A DNA stretch of 64,000 nt, from positions 1 through 64,000 of IMG/VR virus record IMGVR_UViG_3300047388_000292, one strand, 5' to 3'. The notes under the pieces were generated by a model, which worked only from the letters and a program-made list of their open reading frames with translations, was not told the origin of the DNA and did not search any database. A program made the translations under genes and the position numbers. Positions 15,924 to 26,566 of the stretch are shown piece after piece; position 1 is the first letter of the stretch, and the number at the start of each line of letters is the position of its first letter. Origin of the DNA: a virus.

Positions 15924-18812
15924 TCAGATCCACGCCGAGTTCCATGCAACAGTGGCGGAAGGACTCCCAATTGGGTTTGAGCCGGCAAGTTGAAGAATGT
16001 TATCCGCAGGCTGGATCTCAGGCCACCGCTGATTGTTGGTGTCAAACATCTGCATCACCGACGCCCCAGACTTGTTTGTCAGCGTATGGTTGAATGCGTC
16101 AATCTGAACAAAGTCCCCTTGTGCAATCGTCCCGTCTAGCGCGAAGCTAAACCCAGTCGAGAGGTTGTAGAGGACTGGATTTGTGATCCCTCCATTGATC
16201 GTCACGAGCGGTCTCGCGACCCACGTTCCCTTGTTTGTCGCCACGGCCTGCTGCGTCGGACCTGCTGATTGCGTAAGAGGTTGATTCGATGGCAGTGAGG
16301 TGGGGACATTGTATGTAAGCGGATATGAACGAGGGTAAGACCGCCCGAAGTAGACACCTGATCCAGTTAGCAGAGGAACGATTGCACTCACCTGAACCGG
16401 ACACAAGATCCTCGGATCAGATGCTCTCACGGCAAACTGAAAATCTCTCGTGAACCTAGTCCCGGTCGCATTTTGAGATATGTGAGATATCGCCGGCGAC
16501 TGCACGGTTCTAGCATTTAGGACAAAATCACAGGGCATGATTGCGTCTACACGCCAGTCAAGGAACGCCCACTGGCCTCCGAGCTGCGTAGCCGTGAGCC
16601 CAACGAATCCCGATTGCTTGTAACCAAACGCTTGAGCCAGCGCTCCTGTCAGCGTTGTGAAGCAAGTCGCTAGAACAGTCGGAGATTGGACTGCATGCGG
16701 ATCTTGCAAATAGACCGTCGCGACTACCGTGTCGTCGATCGTCTGCATTTGAACCCAGATGATGCTTGGAGTCGAGATCTGAGGACTAAGGGCTGCTGTC
16801 GCCAGTGTTGTCGTCCCAGAAGGCTGAATAGCTTGTATCGCTACCTGCCATGTTGCTCCGGTGTACTGAAGTACAGCCTGGAGATAAGAGTTCGATGCAG
16901 TGGCGGCAGAGATAACACCAATCGACTGCACAGTAGCCGTAGGTTGAAGCGCGACAGATGCCGTCACAACCTCATCGACAAACCCACCGCGAAGATTGTG
17001 GTAAGAGACTGTAGCTCCGCCGCTAAATGACGTGCATCGGCCATTCCCAGGTATCGACAGAGATTGCCCAGACAACTGCGACCAAAAAGCAACCGACTGA
17101 GAATCAAAGAACGCATCGTGCTGGTCCCACCAGTTGAACTTGATCGGGAACTCGGTCAGAGATTGGAGCGCTGCGAAAACAGCTAGCGCTGCGGCTGTCT
17201 GCGACGATACAAGTCCAATTGTCGGAGGAGACCCAAGGACTGCTACAAGATCTCGCTCCATCGCATTGAGTTCAGGTACCGACCCAGCTTCCATTGTGCC
17301 TGCGATCGTAACCGTGTTGTGCGTCGGGATCATTGACTCGCCAATGAGGTAGAGATGGCTCGGAGAATCAACGGAAATACAACGCATCGGGACGCTATCT
17401 ATCTGATTGACAGCAGTGATATATCGGTATTGCTCGTGCTCTGGATAGCGAATCTTGGAGCGACGATAGAGAAGTAGATCCGTCTTACGGCTAAGGCGGA
17501 ACGGACTATCTTCCGTGACAAACTGAACACGATAAGAAATCCCAGTGCATTTTTCGTACAGTCTCGCCCACTTGCTTGTGAGCGTCGGTCGATACCCAAG
17601 TGACCGAGCTAACTCAAGAACTTGGAGCGCAAGATGCTCAAGAGTAGAATCAAACTGAACTTCGCCTTTATCACCCACTGTTCCATCTGTATCGAGCAGA
17701 CCAGCAAGGAGTGCCCGACGTTGTTCGACAGAAGCTTCAAGGTACAAGCGAGGGATATGCTTGTTTCTATAGACGTCTAGATCACGAAGGATAGAAGGAA
17801 CACTTGGCCCTTCTATCGATCGGAAAGAATACGTAATAGGCCCTTTTAGTTTCCTAGTTGCATACCCGTCATGACTGACGTTTTCAATGACCTCTGGGTC
17901 GGCTGAGTAAATCTCTGGACTCCAACGACTTCCATCTCCCAGCCACGCCCCAAACGTATATGGAGCTAATGGAAGCTCTTTTACCACATATTGCAGAGGA
18001 CCAGCAACTCGAACTGCATGATTGACTACTCCATTAGGCCGTGAAGGAGCATGACTGGTATAGAGAGTTGCACGGATTTCTTCGGTTGTATGAATCTTGG
18101 CACTGCCACACCCAGACTTTTCCAACATCTGAATCTTGTGCTGAGCAGATGCGACAGCCGCTTCCGTCTCACTATCAAAGAGACCAATAGGTATGTGGCT
18201 TCTTGCAGGTCCGTAATACGCTAACCATCGGTCACCTTCTCGACATACCCCTCGATATCTAGATGTGGCTAGCTTGCGTCGATTGGAGACCCGAGGTTGA
18301 TGAACACGCTGACGTCGGATACGGGCTTCGAAATCAACTGTCTCCCATAGGTGATCTGCATCGGCAATGATTATTGTTCCATCTGAGAACACAACTTCGC
18401 GACAAGGTCTCCCTGATGGCTGCGGGTAGACGCCTGTGACATTACATGGATGACCAAGATCATCAAATACTTGATCACCTACATGAAGATCACCGAAAAG
18501 TTTCCATCCATTAGGTGTCGGAATAGGATGCGAACATGCGTTCGCTTTTCCGCCCCAATAACTGTCAAACAAAACTTCACCGTGCGCGGCAGGTCGAGGC
18601 TGCCGAGAGTCTCGAAGATCAGGTCCACGCAGTCCAGTGATGTCCTTGACGATGTATCTGTCCGGACGCAATCGATCGTTGATCACGAGCTGGTTGGCGA
18701 GAATGATTGGAGCATTGCGACCGAGCGCAAGCATCTCCGGAATTTCCGGAAAACGATGCTGATAGTTTGGGACCGCAGTCCGTGCTATCTGTTGAGCAAT
18801 AACTGGAGTCAT
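15924..18812 (-). CDS. distal tail protein (Dit) interrupted by an intein
   Basis: Exteins DITGL...PRPAAHG...YWGGK|TVTIAG, ASDPR, NKGTWVARP...GGITNP, PADN; position after the tape measure. Confidence 0.8.
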   Translation of the reverse strand: MTPVIAQQIARTAVPNYQHRFPEIPEMLALGRNAPIILANQLVINDRLRPDRYIVKDITGLRGPDLRDSRQPRPAAHGEVLFDSYWGGKANACSHPIPTPNGWKLFGDLHVGDQVFDDLGHPCNVTGVYPQPSGRPCREVVFSDGTIIIADADHLWETVDFEARIRRQRVHQPRVSNRRKLATSRYRGVCREGDRWLAYYGPARSHIPIGLFDSETEAAVASAQHKIQMLEKSGCGSAKIHTTEEIRATLYTSHAPSRPNGVVNHAVRVAGPLQYVVKELPLAPYTFGAWLGDGSRWSPEIYSADPEVIENVSHDGYATRKLKGPITYSFRSIEGPSVPSILRDLDVYRNKHIPRLYLEASVEQRRALLAGLLDTDGTVGDKGEVQFDSTLEHLALQVLELARSLGYRPTLTSKWARLYEKCTGISYRVQFVTEDSPFRLSRKTDLLLYRRSKIRYPEHEQYRYITAVNQIDSVPMRCISVDSPSHLYLIGESMIPTHNTVTIAGTMEAGSVPELNAMERDLVAVLGSPPTIGLVSSQTAAALAVFAALQSLTEFPIKFNWWDQHDAFFDSQSVAFWSQLSGQSLSIPGNGRCTSFSGGATVSYHNLRGGFVDEVVTASVALQPTATVQSIGVISAATASNSYLQAVLQYTGATWQVAIQAIQPSGTTTLATAALSPQISTPSIIWVQMQTIDDTVVATVYLQDPHAVQSPTVLATCFTTLTGALAQAFGYKQSGFVGLTATQLGGQWAFLDWRVDAIMPCDFVLNARTVQSPAISHISQNATGTRFTRDFQFAVRASDPRILCPVQVSAIVPLLTGSGVYFGRSYPRSYPLTYNVPTSLPSNQPLTQSAGPTQQAVATNKGTWVARPLVTINGGITNPVLYNLSTGFSFALDGTIAQGDFVQIDAFNHTLTNKSGASVMQMFDTNNQRWPEIQPADNILQLAGSNPIGSPSATVAWNSAWI
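17316..18545 (-). mobile_element. class-3-type intein (410 aa) with AP2 and LAGLIDADG endonuclease domains
   Basis: Ala1 ANACSHPIPTPNGW, block B DADHLW, GAWLGDG and LAGLLDTDG, block F MRCISV, block G IPTHN|T. Confidence 0.9.
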
Positions 18813-19159
18813 GTCCCACCAGACGAGTCAAGCTGATCGGTAACCAGCCGAATCAACGCATTTACCTGCTGGGTTAGTGACCGCACCTGAGCACCAATCT
18901 GAGCAACAGTTGGAGGAGCTAAAGCCAAGTAAGCAACGTTGGTGGTTACAGCCGCAATTGCTTTCGCAGTCAATGCATCTTGATTCGCTTCCCGAACCGG
19001 CTGCGTCCAAGTAGTGCCGTCAAACATCCAACCAACGCCCGGCTGTGGAACCACATTCGATACGTCAATCCACGATGAAGGAGCTGCGTCTCCTGAGAAC
19101 TGCTGCGGACCCATAATCACCGTAGCCGGACTGCCGTGATCGAGACACACGAAGATCAT
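18809..19159 (-). CDS. small tail-associated protein
   Basis: PQPGVGWMFDGTTWTQP motif typical of fibre-assembly-like proteins. Confidence 0.6.
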   Translation of the reverse strand: MIFVCLDHGSPATVIMGPQQFSGDAAPSSWIDVSNVVPQPGVGWMFDGTTWTQPVREANQDALTAKAIAAVTTNVAYLALAPPTVAQIGAQVRSLTQQVNALIRLVTDQLDSSGGT

Positions 19160-19707
19160 GACAGCGGACTCACCCAGCGGACGGAGAAGTGCTGGTACGG
19201 CCAGTTCGTTGATCCGTAGCAGTTAGTGGTTGCGGTGCCGACATAATGCGGAAATAGGTACTGCCCTGCGGTCATCTTGACGAGCGCCGAAATAACGGCA
19301 TTACCAATCAAGCCCGCACCCGCATCATGTGCAATCCAAAAACAACCCTGCGGCGTGCCAAGGGAGCCGGATCTGTTGGGTGGAAACAGTTGAAGGTCAA
19401 CACCTATGAACACGCCGCCCGTCGCACCCTGATCTATACGAAGGTTCAAGTCAACCTGATACCACCCATCAATGGGGACATTCGGGCCGTTGTTGAAGGC
19501 ATCGTTGCCCATGCCACCCAACAAGTCCTGAGTGGGGAAGGCGAGGTAGCTGGAAGCAGACACCGTGTCCGCTGCCTGCATGTGCCCTACGTAGATAGGA
19601 GGCGCCGCCGGGATCGGAGTAGCTACAAGTCTCTCTAGGATCGCTACTCGATGCTCCAGACTCGTAGGAGCAGGGATATGTTGGGGATTAGTAACTACTC
19701 TCGTCAT
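19156..19707 (-). CDS. minor tail protein with C1q/TNF-like domain
   Basis: Short coil LEHRVAILER; VPIDGWYQV...ALVKMTAGQY; ATGA overlap with the tape measure stop. Confidence 0.6.
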   Translation of the reverse strand: MTRVVTNPQHIPAPTSLEHRVAILERLVATPIPAAPPIYVGHMQAADTVSASSYLAFPTQDLLGGMGNDAFNNGPNVPIDGWYQVDLNLRIDQGATGGVFIGVDLQLFPPNRSGSLGTPQGCFWIAHDAGAGLIGNAVISALVKMTAGQYLFPHYVGTATTNCYGSTNWPYQHFSVRWVSPLS

Positions 19708-22700
19708 GGTGAAGTCGCCGAGTGCCATGCAATCGCCGCGCCCAGATAGCGCGGGTCAGTTGTCTGTGTAGGATTCGTGAGGTTGACATTGATGTTCTGA
19801 GTATTGGTGGAAGAGATCGAAGCTGATCCAGGCACGAATGGGACTCCGATGCCAGATCCACTCGCCGGGTTCGAGAACTGTGGAAGAAGAGCACCCATCC
19901 CAGTAAACATCGCTGCACGGAATGAAGACCACATCGTCGAAGAAAACGATTGAGGTTGCATCAACTGCCCGTTGAGAGTCATGAGTTGTTGGGTATTCGT
20001 TTCGAGTGCTGCCTCGTTCGAAGCGATCTGACCGATCAACCCCTCGAATTGCGTTGTCTGAGCTGCAGTCATCCCCGACTCGAGCTGAGAGATGGGGAGA
20101 GACGTCAGAGCTTGGATCAGTCGGACCCCTGACAGACCTTGCAGATTCACTGCCCCACCAGTCATCCCGGAAAGCTGCGAAATCAAACCTCCCTGTGCTC
20201 CCTGAAGTGCGTTGATCGATCCCTGTGTTACACCGATGGCTGCCGGCACATTTAGGCCACCCTGGATTGCCCCGATCGTCTGAAGCGCTCCGTACAGAGA
20301 TCCGAAAACCCCAGTCTGGAACTGAGAGACACGATTGATCCAATCGATCGTCGTCTGTCGAATCGCAACAGTCTGGTCTGAGAGCGCCTGCGTATTCTCT
20401 GCGATCTGTTCGGTAAGTTGTCCGATCTGGTCTGATAGTTGCTGTGAAAGGGCTAAGTTTCCTTGTTCATTGGCTTGATGCAAGAACCCACGAGCTTGTG
20501 CAAGTTGCCCTCGAAGGTCTGCGCCGGTCTGCTGAAGAACTCCATACTGAAGCTGTGCAGCAATAGTCGTCGCAGCGCCGCCCATTCCCTGCACTCCCTT
20601 GGCGACGACATTCTGCGCAAATGAAGTCCGACGCTGAAGCACATTGTTCTGGTACTGAGATTGCTGAGTAAAGTACTCAACCTGAGCTTGGAGCAGTTGG
20701 GTGGTGTAATCCGCGATCGATTGATTGAGTTGCTGGATCTGCTGCTCGGCTTGCGCGGCGACATCCTTGTTGCCCTCGGCTTGAGCCTTCTGGAGAACTT
20801 TCGTGTAAGCAGTGATCTGGGACTGAGCATTCGAAACAAGTTGATTCGTAACCGACACACCCTCTTGGCCCTTGCCAAAGAATCCACGGTTCTGCATGGT
20901 GGAAACCTGACCTTGTAGCCCTTGACTTTGCAACCCAAGCGTGTTCTGGATGCCTGACATCTGATCTGAGAGTTCAGTCCCCTCTGCCTGATAAAGCGAT
21001 TCTAAAGCTTGAGCGCTTTCGCCGGAGAGAGTCTGTGATCGCCCAACGAGATTTCCATACTGAAGTGCTAGTTTATTCGCCTGAGCGGCAGGGGAGAGAT
21101 GTTTGTTCTGGTTCTTCAGCTCTGAGATCTTCTTCTGAATCAGAGAGATCTTCAAAGCCTTATCTCGCCTGCCTCTAGATGTTACAGGAGTCTCGTTGTG
21201 CGCAACTCTAAGTTGTGTATTGAGACTGCTGATGCTCTTGTTATTTTCTGTAATCTGATGTTGGTCAGACGCACTTGCACGAACAGAAGCTAGTTGCTCA
21301 ATCTGCAACGGTGTATCTGACGCAAGGCTACGCTCACTAACGTGCAATCCCGACGCAAGTTGTGAGAGCACATCATGCTTGGCACTATCGACTAACTTTT
21401 GTTCTCGACCGATATTACGGTACTCAGTCCTGTATGCCCCAATAGTCGCCGCATCCTGTTGCGCTGGAGTCTCTCTCTGAACCGCAAGCCCCTGCTTATT
21501 CACGAAGATCGAGCTTTGCACAATCTTGTTTGACGCCTGAGTAAACATTGCTTGGACAGCTTGATCGAGCTGATCTAGTGGACCGCCTTGAGCCGTAATC
21601 TGACCAAGGTAGTTCATGAACTTAGTGAAATTCCCAACTACATCGTGCAGACCTGTGGAGAGAAGAGTGATCAACCTCGAGATATCCTTGGGAGAAATTG
21701 ACTGAGTCTGACCAGCGGCTGACAACTGAGCCAGAATCTGTATGAACTTCATGACCTGAGGGAGGGATATATTCAGTTGCGTCGCTGCCAAGCCAGCGCT
21801 TCCTGCTGTCCCAATCCCTCCAAACATGCCGCCTGTCTGCGCCGGCGTGATCGCTACATGCTCAGAAGCACCACCTTCTCCAGCAAGGAACATCGTCGGA
21901 TGATCCACAATCCCGTGGAATCCACCAGCGGCCGGAATGATTCCACCTGACTTATAACCAAGGAACTGTCTAAATGAAATACCACCGGGCATTGGTGTTC
22001 CATCGGCATGACCGTTATACCGAGTCAGAGGACCAGTTCCTGCAGCATTCGCCCACCCAGTCTCGATCCCAGACGGCCCACCCATCGCGGTACCAATAAA
22101 TTGTCCCCCTGTGAGTTGCTGCCCGGGCTGCACACCAGGAGTGAAGTCCTCCATGACATAGACGTTCCCGCGTGCAGTCTTATAAACAACGCCTCCTGTC
22201 CCCGGCCAACCCGGCCAGAGCCCGATCGACATAACAGTTCCAGGTAAGACCGCATCTACGCGTCCTTGCCCTCCAAAGTCCACACCCTGGTCAGTGCGCC
22301 CCAAATGAAGCGCTGAATAAGCCCCATGAGCTCCAGATCCTCCAGGCGCTCCAAACGGAACTCCTGCCGCTCCACTAGGAGCCATTTTCGAAAGAAATGC
22401 ATTAGCAGCAGCAGTAACATTTTTCAACACAGCTCCGCCGAGTACTGACCACGCTCCCCCAGGCCCACTCCACTTTGGCTGAGTTATTGTCTGAGCCGCA
22501 CCTGAACTTCCAAGCGCCCCAGGAGGAATACCGCCCTTCAGGAACTGCTTGTAAGCCCCCGACGTATATGTAGCCCATGCCCCAAGCCCTTGTGAACGCC
22601 ACTTCGAGACTGCCATCTTCGCATTTGTCAGCGGATCGAATACATTCCCAGGGAATGGGAGTCCCAAGATTTGCCACAGCCCTGAAGCACCTGAGGGATT

Positions 22701-25700
22701 GTGCGCGTCGACCGCTCCAGTTGACTCAGCCTCAGCGATAGCAGCCATAAGTGCGGCCATGTTGGGTGGTCCGCCAGCCTGATCCCAAAGACTTTCGAGC
22801 TGACCATATGACTCAATCGTTCCTCCTGCCGCATAAGAGCCCTGTAGAACGTGTGGAGCAGACGATAGATACTGAGCTAGCAACGCTCGCTGACGCTTCG
22901 CATGCTTCGGGTCGGTAGTCAAGACAACCTCGGGGTAACCACCCTCAGCAACTTGAATGATCTTTCCGCCCGGACGCGCTGACTCATACCCGCCAGTTGC
23001 ATGATGACCAATCCCCGCAGCACCACCTCCAGTTCCCCCACCGGCTGCCTGGAACTGCAACCAATTCATCGTGCTGATTGGCCCTAGTGTCTTCATGTCT
23101 TTGCCAGTCAGCGCAGGCGCACCCATAGATTTGAGCGCATTATTCATCAGAGTATTGATCGCTACCAACCCGTTTTGCACGCTCCTGGCAGCAAGATTGG
23201 TATTACCAGCGATTGTCTGATATGCGCCGGTCATCACAGCAACAAGAGCTTGTGACCCCTGCACAGTCCCAGTACCAAGGTTCGTGCTGATGTTTGCGAT
23301 GTTAGTCTGAACGACCTGCTTGACTTGCGTAAGAACATTTCCTGTCGTCGCATTGATTCCAGAGAATGTCGAGTCCCACAACTTTCCAGCAGCCACTACT
23401 GCGGCATTGACTGGATCAAGTTGTTTAGCAAGGAGATTTAGCCCTGTACGTTGTTTCGTAGTCAGATCAGGCATATTGGAGATTGTTATGATCTGACCCT
23501 CGAGCTTATGAAGTTGCGAAGTTGACAACTGAGCAGGATCAGTGATTCCCTTCAGCTCTGTCTGCAATTGCTTGAGTGCAGTGCTCGTTGTGGCCGTGTT
23601 GACGCTCTGAGTCAACACACCACCACCTCTCTGGCCTGGCGCTCCTGTTATCACATCACGCTGAGCACCGACAGGCCCCAACAACGATGCAAGCCCTGGA
23701 GCAGTGGTGCCGTGTGATGGGCCTCCGCCAAACAGCGCAGCAACAACGGTTGGCGCAATGAATGTGCCCAACACAGCAGCAATAGAGCCCGCTCCTATCG
23801 CTACTCCACCTGCAGCGGCTCCACTGCCTGCGCCTGCTGCCGCAGGAGCGATTATGCCTCCAGAACCTCGCACAAACCCAGCAGGAACAGCCCCAGTCAC
23901 TTCTGCGGTCCTGATCTCAACACCAGCAACTCCGCCTCCAGAGATCATCGCTTCCCTGATCGCCGCAGCAGCAGCCGCTCCTCCCTCTTCAAATGCGAGT
24001 CGCATCTCTGCTGCCGGTCCCGTCGCTGCTGCCCCACCGCCAAAAGCATTCTTGAGGCTAGTCCACGCACCCCCAAAGTTTCCAGTCGCGAGTGCTTTCA
24101 GGGCTCCGCCGAGTTGACGGATCATCGACAATGGATGAATCACAGCTTTACCAAGTGCACTGAATCGACTGATTGCTGTCGAGAAGTCCCATGCCTTCCA
24201 AGCAACTAGGAACGCCCCGAACGGAATCAGCACACCGTCATTCCACAGTGTCTTGAAGGGACCTCCAACATAGGTTCCTAGATTCACAAAGCCATCGAGA
24301 ATCTTGGTGAATAGCTCAAGGAAGAGAGTGACCGCTTTAGTCAACGGAGGCGCCACGATCATGTAGAAACGACCAAATCCCTCAATCAGAGGGACTAATA
24401 GATTCAAGAGAGCAATAGCTTCTTGCTTGTGTACCTCGAAAATCGTGTGAAGCTGCTGTTGCCCGCGAGTCGACGTCAGCCAGTCATGCAACTTGTCAAG
24501 CATCTGCGTCAGCGTGGTAACGATCGACTGCGCAGTGCCGGCGTCGGCGTGGAAGATCTGGTAAATGTCTTTGACTAGGATCTCAAGAAAATTCTTCCAA
24601 GTCTCGAAGAGGCCTACCAGATGATCGACAAGGTGGGTTACCTTATTCCAGTTACCAGGATCATTCCACTTCGTGAAGAAGTTATCGACCGCAGTGATGA
24701 AGCCACCCTTGAGAAATGTGTTCGCTACATAATCGATGATCTTCGAGACAAGCTCGAACGCCTGCACAAACGCATGTACTGATTTGGGCAATCTCGCAGC
24801 GAATATGTTCTCAAGATCATTGAAGATCTTCTTGCCGGGGCCCTCTATATATTGGAACAGAGGACGTAGTCCAGCGTCGATAATCTTGAAGTTTCTTGTG
24901 GCCGCATTAGCGATCAACTGCACGTATCCGTACGCCACTCCGACGAGTTGCCCGAGGATTGTCGTAGCAGCCTTCCGGGCATTGCCCGTCGCGTTGTCCC
25001 AATGCTTGTTCAGGTTGTCGACTTGCTTCGCGAGTGCAAGTTCCGCTCCGGCACCAGGACCAAGCTGCGACATCTGGAACTTGAGCTGGGCATTCGCTGC
25101 CGTCTGCGCCTGCGCAAGGTTCTGCTGGGCGGTAGCAGCTTGCTGAGAGTTCTTTCCGTACTGCGCAACAGCAGCGTTGGCCTGCGCCTGCGCAAGCGCG
25201 ACATTCTGAGTATTGGTCTGGAGCGTCTTGTAAAGAGCACTCGTGTCAGAGATCGTCGACTTCATCACTGCAGCATCTGCGCCGCCTCCTACGGCAGTCG
25301 TAGCCAGCGAAGCGCCACCGAGTAGAGCTCCGCCTCCCAACGCCCCAGCGGCCGACCCAGCAAGTCCTATACCGGTCATCAGAAGGTGCTCGAGACCAAG
25401 ACCGGCAAAAGCTCCTAACGAACCTGCAGACGCGTACCTAAGTCCAGGCGTAAATCTACCTCCGCCTCCACCACCCCCTGTAAGCAGAGCCCCAAGACCT
25501 CCTCCGCCGCCTCCATCACCTACTGTCAAAATTAGTCTCGCAGCTTCGTCTCGAGCCATCCTCGCTGCGTAAGCAAACTTGATCGCCGCCGACGACGCCG
25601 GATCGAAGCTACGCGCGATCCCATCGAGTTCACGAGCCATCTGGCGATATCCGATTGACGCCGCGTTGGTGTCCATCGTTCCTTTTCGCAACGAGGCAGT

Positions 25701-26432
25701 AAAGCTGTCGTAGCGACGCTGAGTATTCGTTATGCGATCAACAAGTTGTTGATGAGCAGCCTGTTCCTTTTGAATCGCCAAAAGTTGAGCATCAGTATCC
25801 CGCTGTTGCTGCATGCGGATGTCGTGAACCGCGTTTGCATTAGCAACCTGCTGAGCGGTATATGCTGCAAGGTTGCTCTTGGACTCGTTGAGGATGTCCT
25901 GAACAGCTTTGGACTGGAGCGCATATTGCCGGGCTTCCTCCGTACCGACCTCGTACGCTCGAGCAAGCTTCGAGTACTCCTGAGCCAAGCGCTGCGCTTC
26001 GACCTCTTGCTGACGTGTCAGGGTCGTCTGCTTGTTGAAAGAGTCCTGGAGATTCCCCATGACCGCGTCAAGTCGCTCAGCCTGCTCCGCGAGCTTCGCC
26101 TCCTTGTCACCAGCGGTGTCTGCGGAGCGACTGTAATCATCAAGCGCAGTCTTCGCCTGCCTTACATCACTTGTCTGTTTCTGTGTAGCCTGAGATGCAC
26201 GATCAAGCGCTTGACGTTGCTTGTCGAGGCTTGTGGTCGCTTTATCAACAGATTCAGTTGTCTGCTGCAACCCTTGATCGAGCCCGGCGGTCGGGTGAGA
26301 ACGAACCGTCTCCGCGCCGGCGACCTTCTTCAGAGCCTCAATCTCAGCAGCAAGCTTCGCGAGACCGGGGCCAGCTCGGTCGATTAGATCGACGAGAATC
26401 TCAATAAGGAAGGTTGATGAATCCTCAGACAT
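19704..26432 (-). CDS. tape measure protein with lytic transglycosylase and M23-like domains
   Basis: 2242 aa, Ala/Gln-rich helical; AIAEAES...ASGLWQI...DPLTNAK...GAW; follows the tail chaperones. Confidence 0.93.
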   Translation of the reverse strand: MSEDSSTFLIEILVDLIDRAGPGLAKLAAEIEALKKVAGAETVRSHPTAGLDQGLQQTTESVDKATTSLDKQRQALDRASQATQKQTSDVRQAKTALDDYSRSADTAGDKEAKLAEQAERLDAVMGNLQDSFNKQTTLTRQQEVEAQRLAQEYSKLARAYEVGTEEARQYALQSKAVQDILNESKSNLAAYTAQQVANANAVHDIRMQQQRDTDAQLLAIQKEQAAHQQLVDRITNTQRRYDSFTASLRKGTMDTNAASIGYRQMARELDGIARSFDPASSAAIKFAYAARMARDEAARLILTVGDGGGGGGLGALLTGGGGGGGRFTPGLRYASAGSLGAFAGLGLEHLLMTGIGLAGSAAGALGGGALLGGASLATTAVGGGADAAVMKSTISDTSALYKTLQTNTQNVALAQAQANAAVAQYGKNSQQAATAQQNLAQAQTAANAQLKFQMSQLGPGAGAELALAKQVDNLNKHWDNATGNARKAATTILGQLVGVAYGYVQLIANAATRNFKIIDAGLRPLFQYIEGPGKKIFNDLENIFAARLPKSVHAFVQAFELVSKIIDYVANTFLKGGFITAVDNFFTKWNDPGNWNKVTHLVDHLVGLFETWKNFLEILVKDIYQIFHADAGTAQSIVTTLTQMLDKLHDWLTSTRGQQQLHTIFEVHKQEAIALLNLLVPLIEGFGRFYMIVAPPLTKAVTLFLELFTKILDGFVNLGTYVGGPFKTLWNDGVLIPFGAFLVAWKAWDFSTAISRFSALGKAVIHPLSMIRQLGGALKALATGNFGGAWTSLKNAFGGGAAATGPAAEMRLAFEEGGAAAAAAIREAMISGGGVAGVEIRTAEVTGAVPAGFVRGSGGIIAPAAAGAGSGAAAGGVAIGAGSIAAVLGTFIAPTVVAALFGGGPSHGTTAPGLASLLGPVGAQRDVITGAPGQRGGGVLTQSVNTATTSTALKQLQTELKGITDPAQLSTSQLHKLEGQIITISNMPDLTTKQRTGLNLLAKQLDPVNAAVVAAGKLWDSTFSGINATTGNVLTQVKQVVQTNIANISTNLGTGTVQGSQALVAVMTGAYQTIAGNTNLAARSVQNGLVAINTLMNNALKSMGAPALTGKDMKTLGPISTMNWLQFQAAGGGTGGGAAGIGHHATGGYESARPGGKIIQVAEGGYPEVVLTTDPKHAKRQRALLAQYLSSAPHVLQGSYAAGGTIESYGQLESLWDQAGGPPNMAALMAAIAEAESTGAVDAHNPSGASGLWQILGLPFPGNVFDPLTNAKMAVSKWRSQGLGAWATYTSGAYKQFLKGGIPPGALGSSGAAQTITQPKWSGPGGAWSVLGGAVLKNVTAAANAFLSKMAPSGAAGVPFGAPGGSGAHGAYSALHLGRTDQGVDFGGQGRVDAVLPGTVMSIGLWPGWPGTGGVVYKTARGNVYVMEDFTPGVQPGQQLTGGQFIGTAMGGPSGIETGWANAAGTGPLTRYNGHADGTPMPGGISFRQFLGYKSGGIIPAAGGFHGIVDHPTMFLAGEGGASEHVAITPAQTGGMFGGIGTAGSAGLAATQLNISLPQVMKFIQILAQLSAAGQTQSISPKDISRLITLLSTGLHDVVGNFTKFMNYLGQITAQGGPLDQLDQAVQAMFTQASNKIVQSSIFVNKQGLAVQRETPAQQDAATIGAYRTEYRNIGREQKLVDSAKHDVLSQLASGLHVSERSLASDTPLQIEQLASVRASASDQHQITENNKSISSLNTQLRVAHNETPVTSRGRRDKALKISLIQKKISELKNQNKHLSPAAQANKLALQYGNLVGRSQTLSGESAQALESLYQAEGTELSDQMSGIQNTLGLQSQGLQGQVSTMQNRGFFGKGQEGVSVTNQLVSNAQSQITAYTKVLQKAQAEGNKDVAAQAEQQIQQLNQSIADYTTQLLQAQVEYFTQQSQYQNNVLQRRTSFAQNVVAKGVQGMGGAATTIAAQLQYGVLQQTGADLRGQLAQARGFLHQANEQGNLALSQQLSDQIGQLTEQIAENTQALSDQTVAIRQTTIDWINRVSQFQTGVFGSLYGALQTIGAIQGGLNVPAAIGVTQGSINALQGAQGGLISQLSGMTGGAVNLQGLSGVRLIQALTSLPISQLESGMTAAQTTQFEGLIGQIASNEAALETNTQQLMTLNGQLMQPQSFSSTMWSSFRAAMFTGMGALLPQFSNPASGSGIGVPFVPGSASISSTNTQNINVNLTNPTQTTDPRYLGAAIAWHSATSP

Positions 26433-26434
26433 AC

Positions 26435-26566
26435 TTACTTCTTCTTGTCTTTACCCTTGCGCTTCTTTTTGACCGCCTGGAACATCTTCTTACAGAGAGA
26501 AGATTCGCGATCGAGTTCAGCTTCCTGATCTTCTTCCTGCTTCTGTATGTCCCATATCTTCTTCAT
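26435..26566 (-). CDS. 43-aa basic micro-protein
   Basis: Hand-translated MKKIWDIQ...KKKRKGKDKKK; fills the gap between neighbours exactly. Confidence 0.4.
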   Translation of the reverse strand: MKKIWDIQKQEEDQEAELDRESSLCKKMFQAVKKKRKGKDKKK

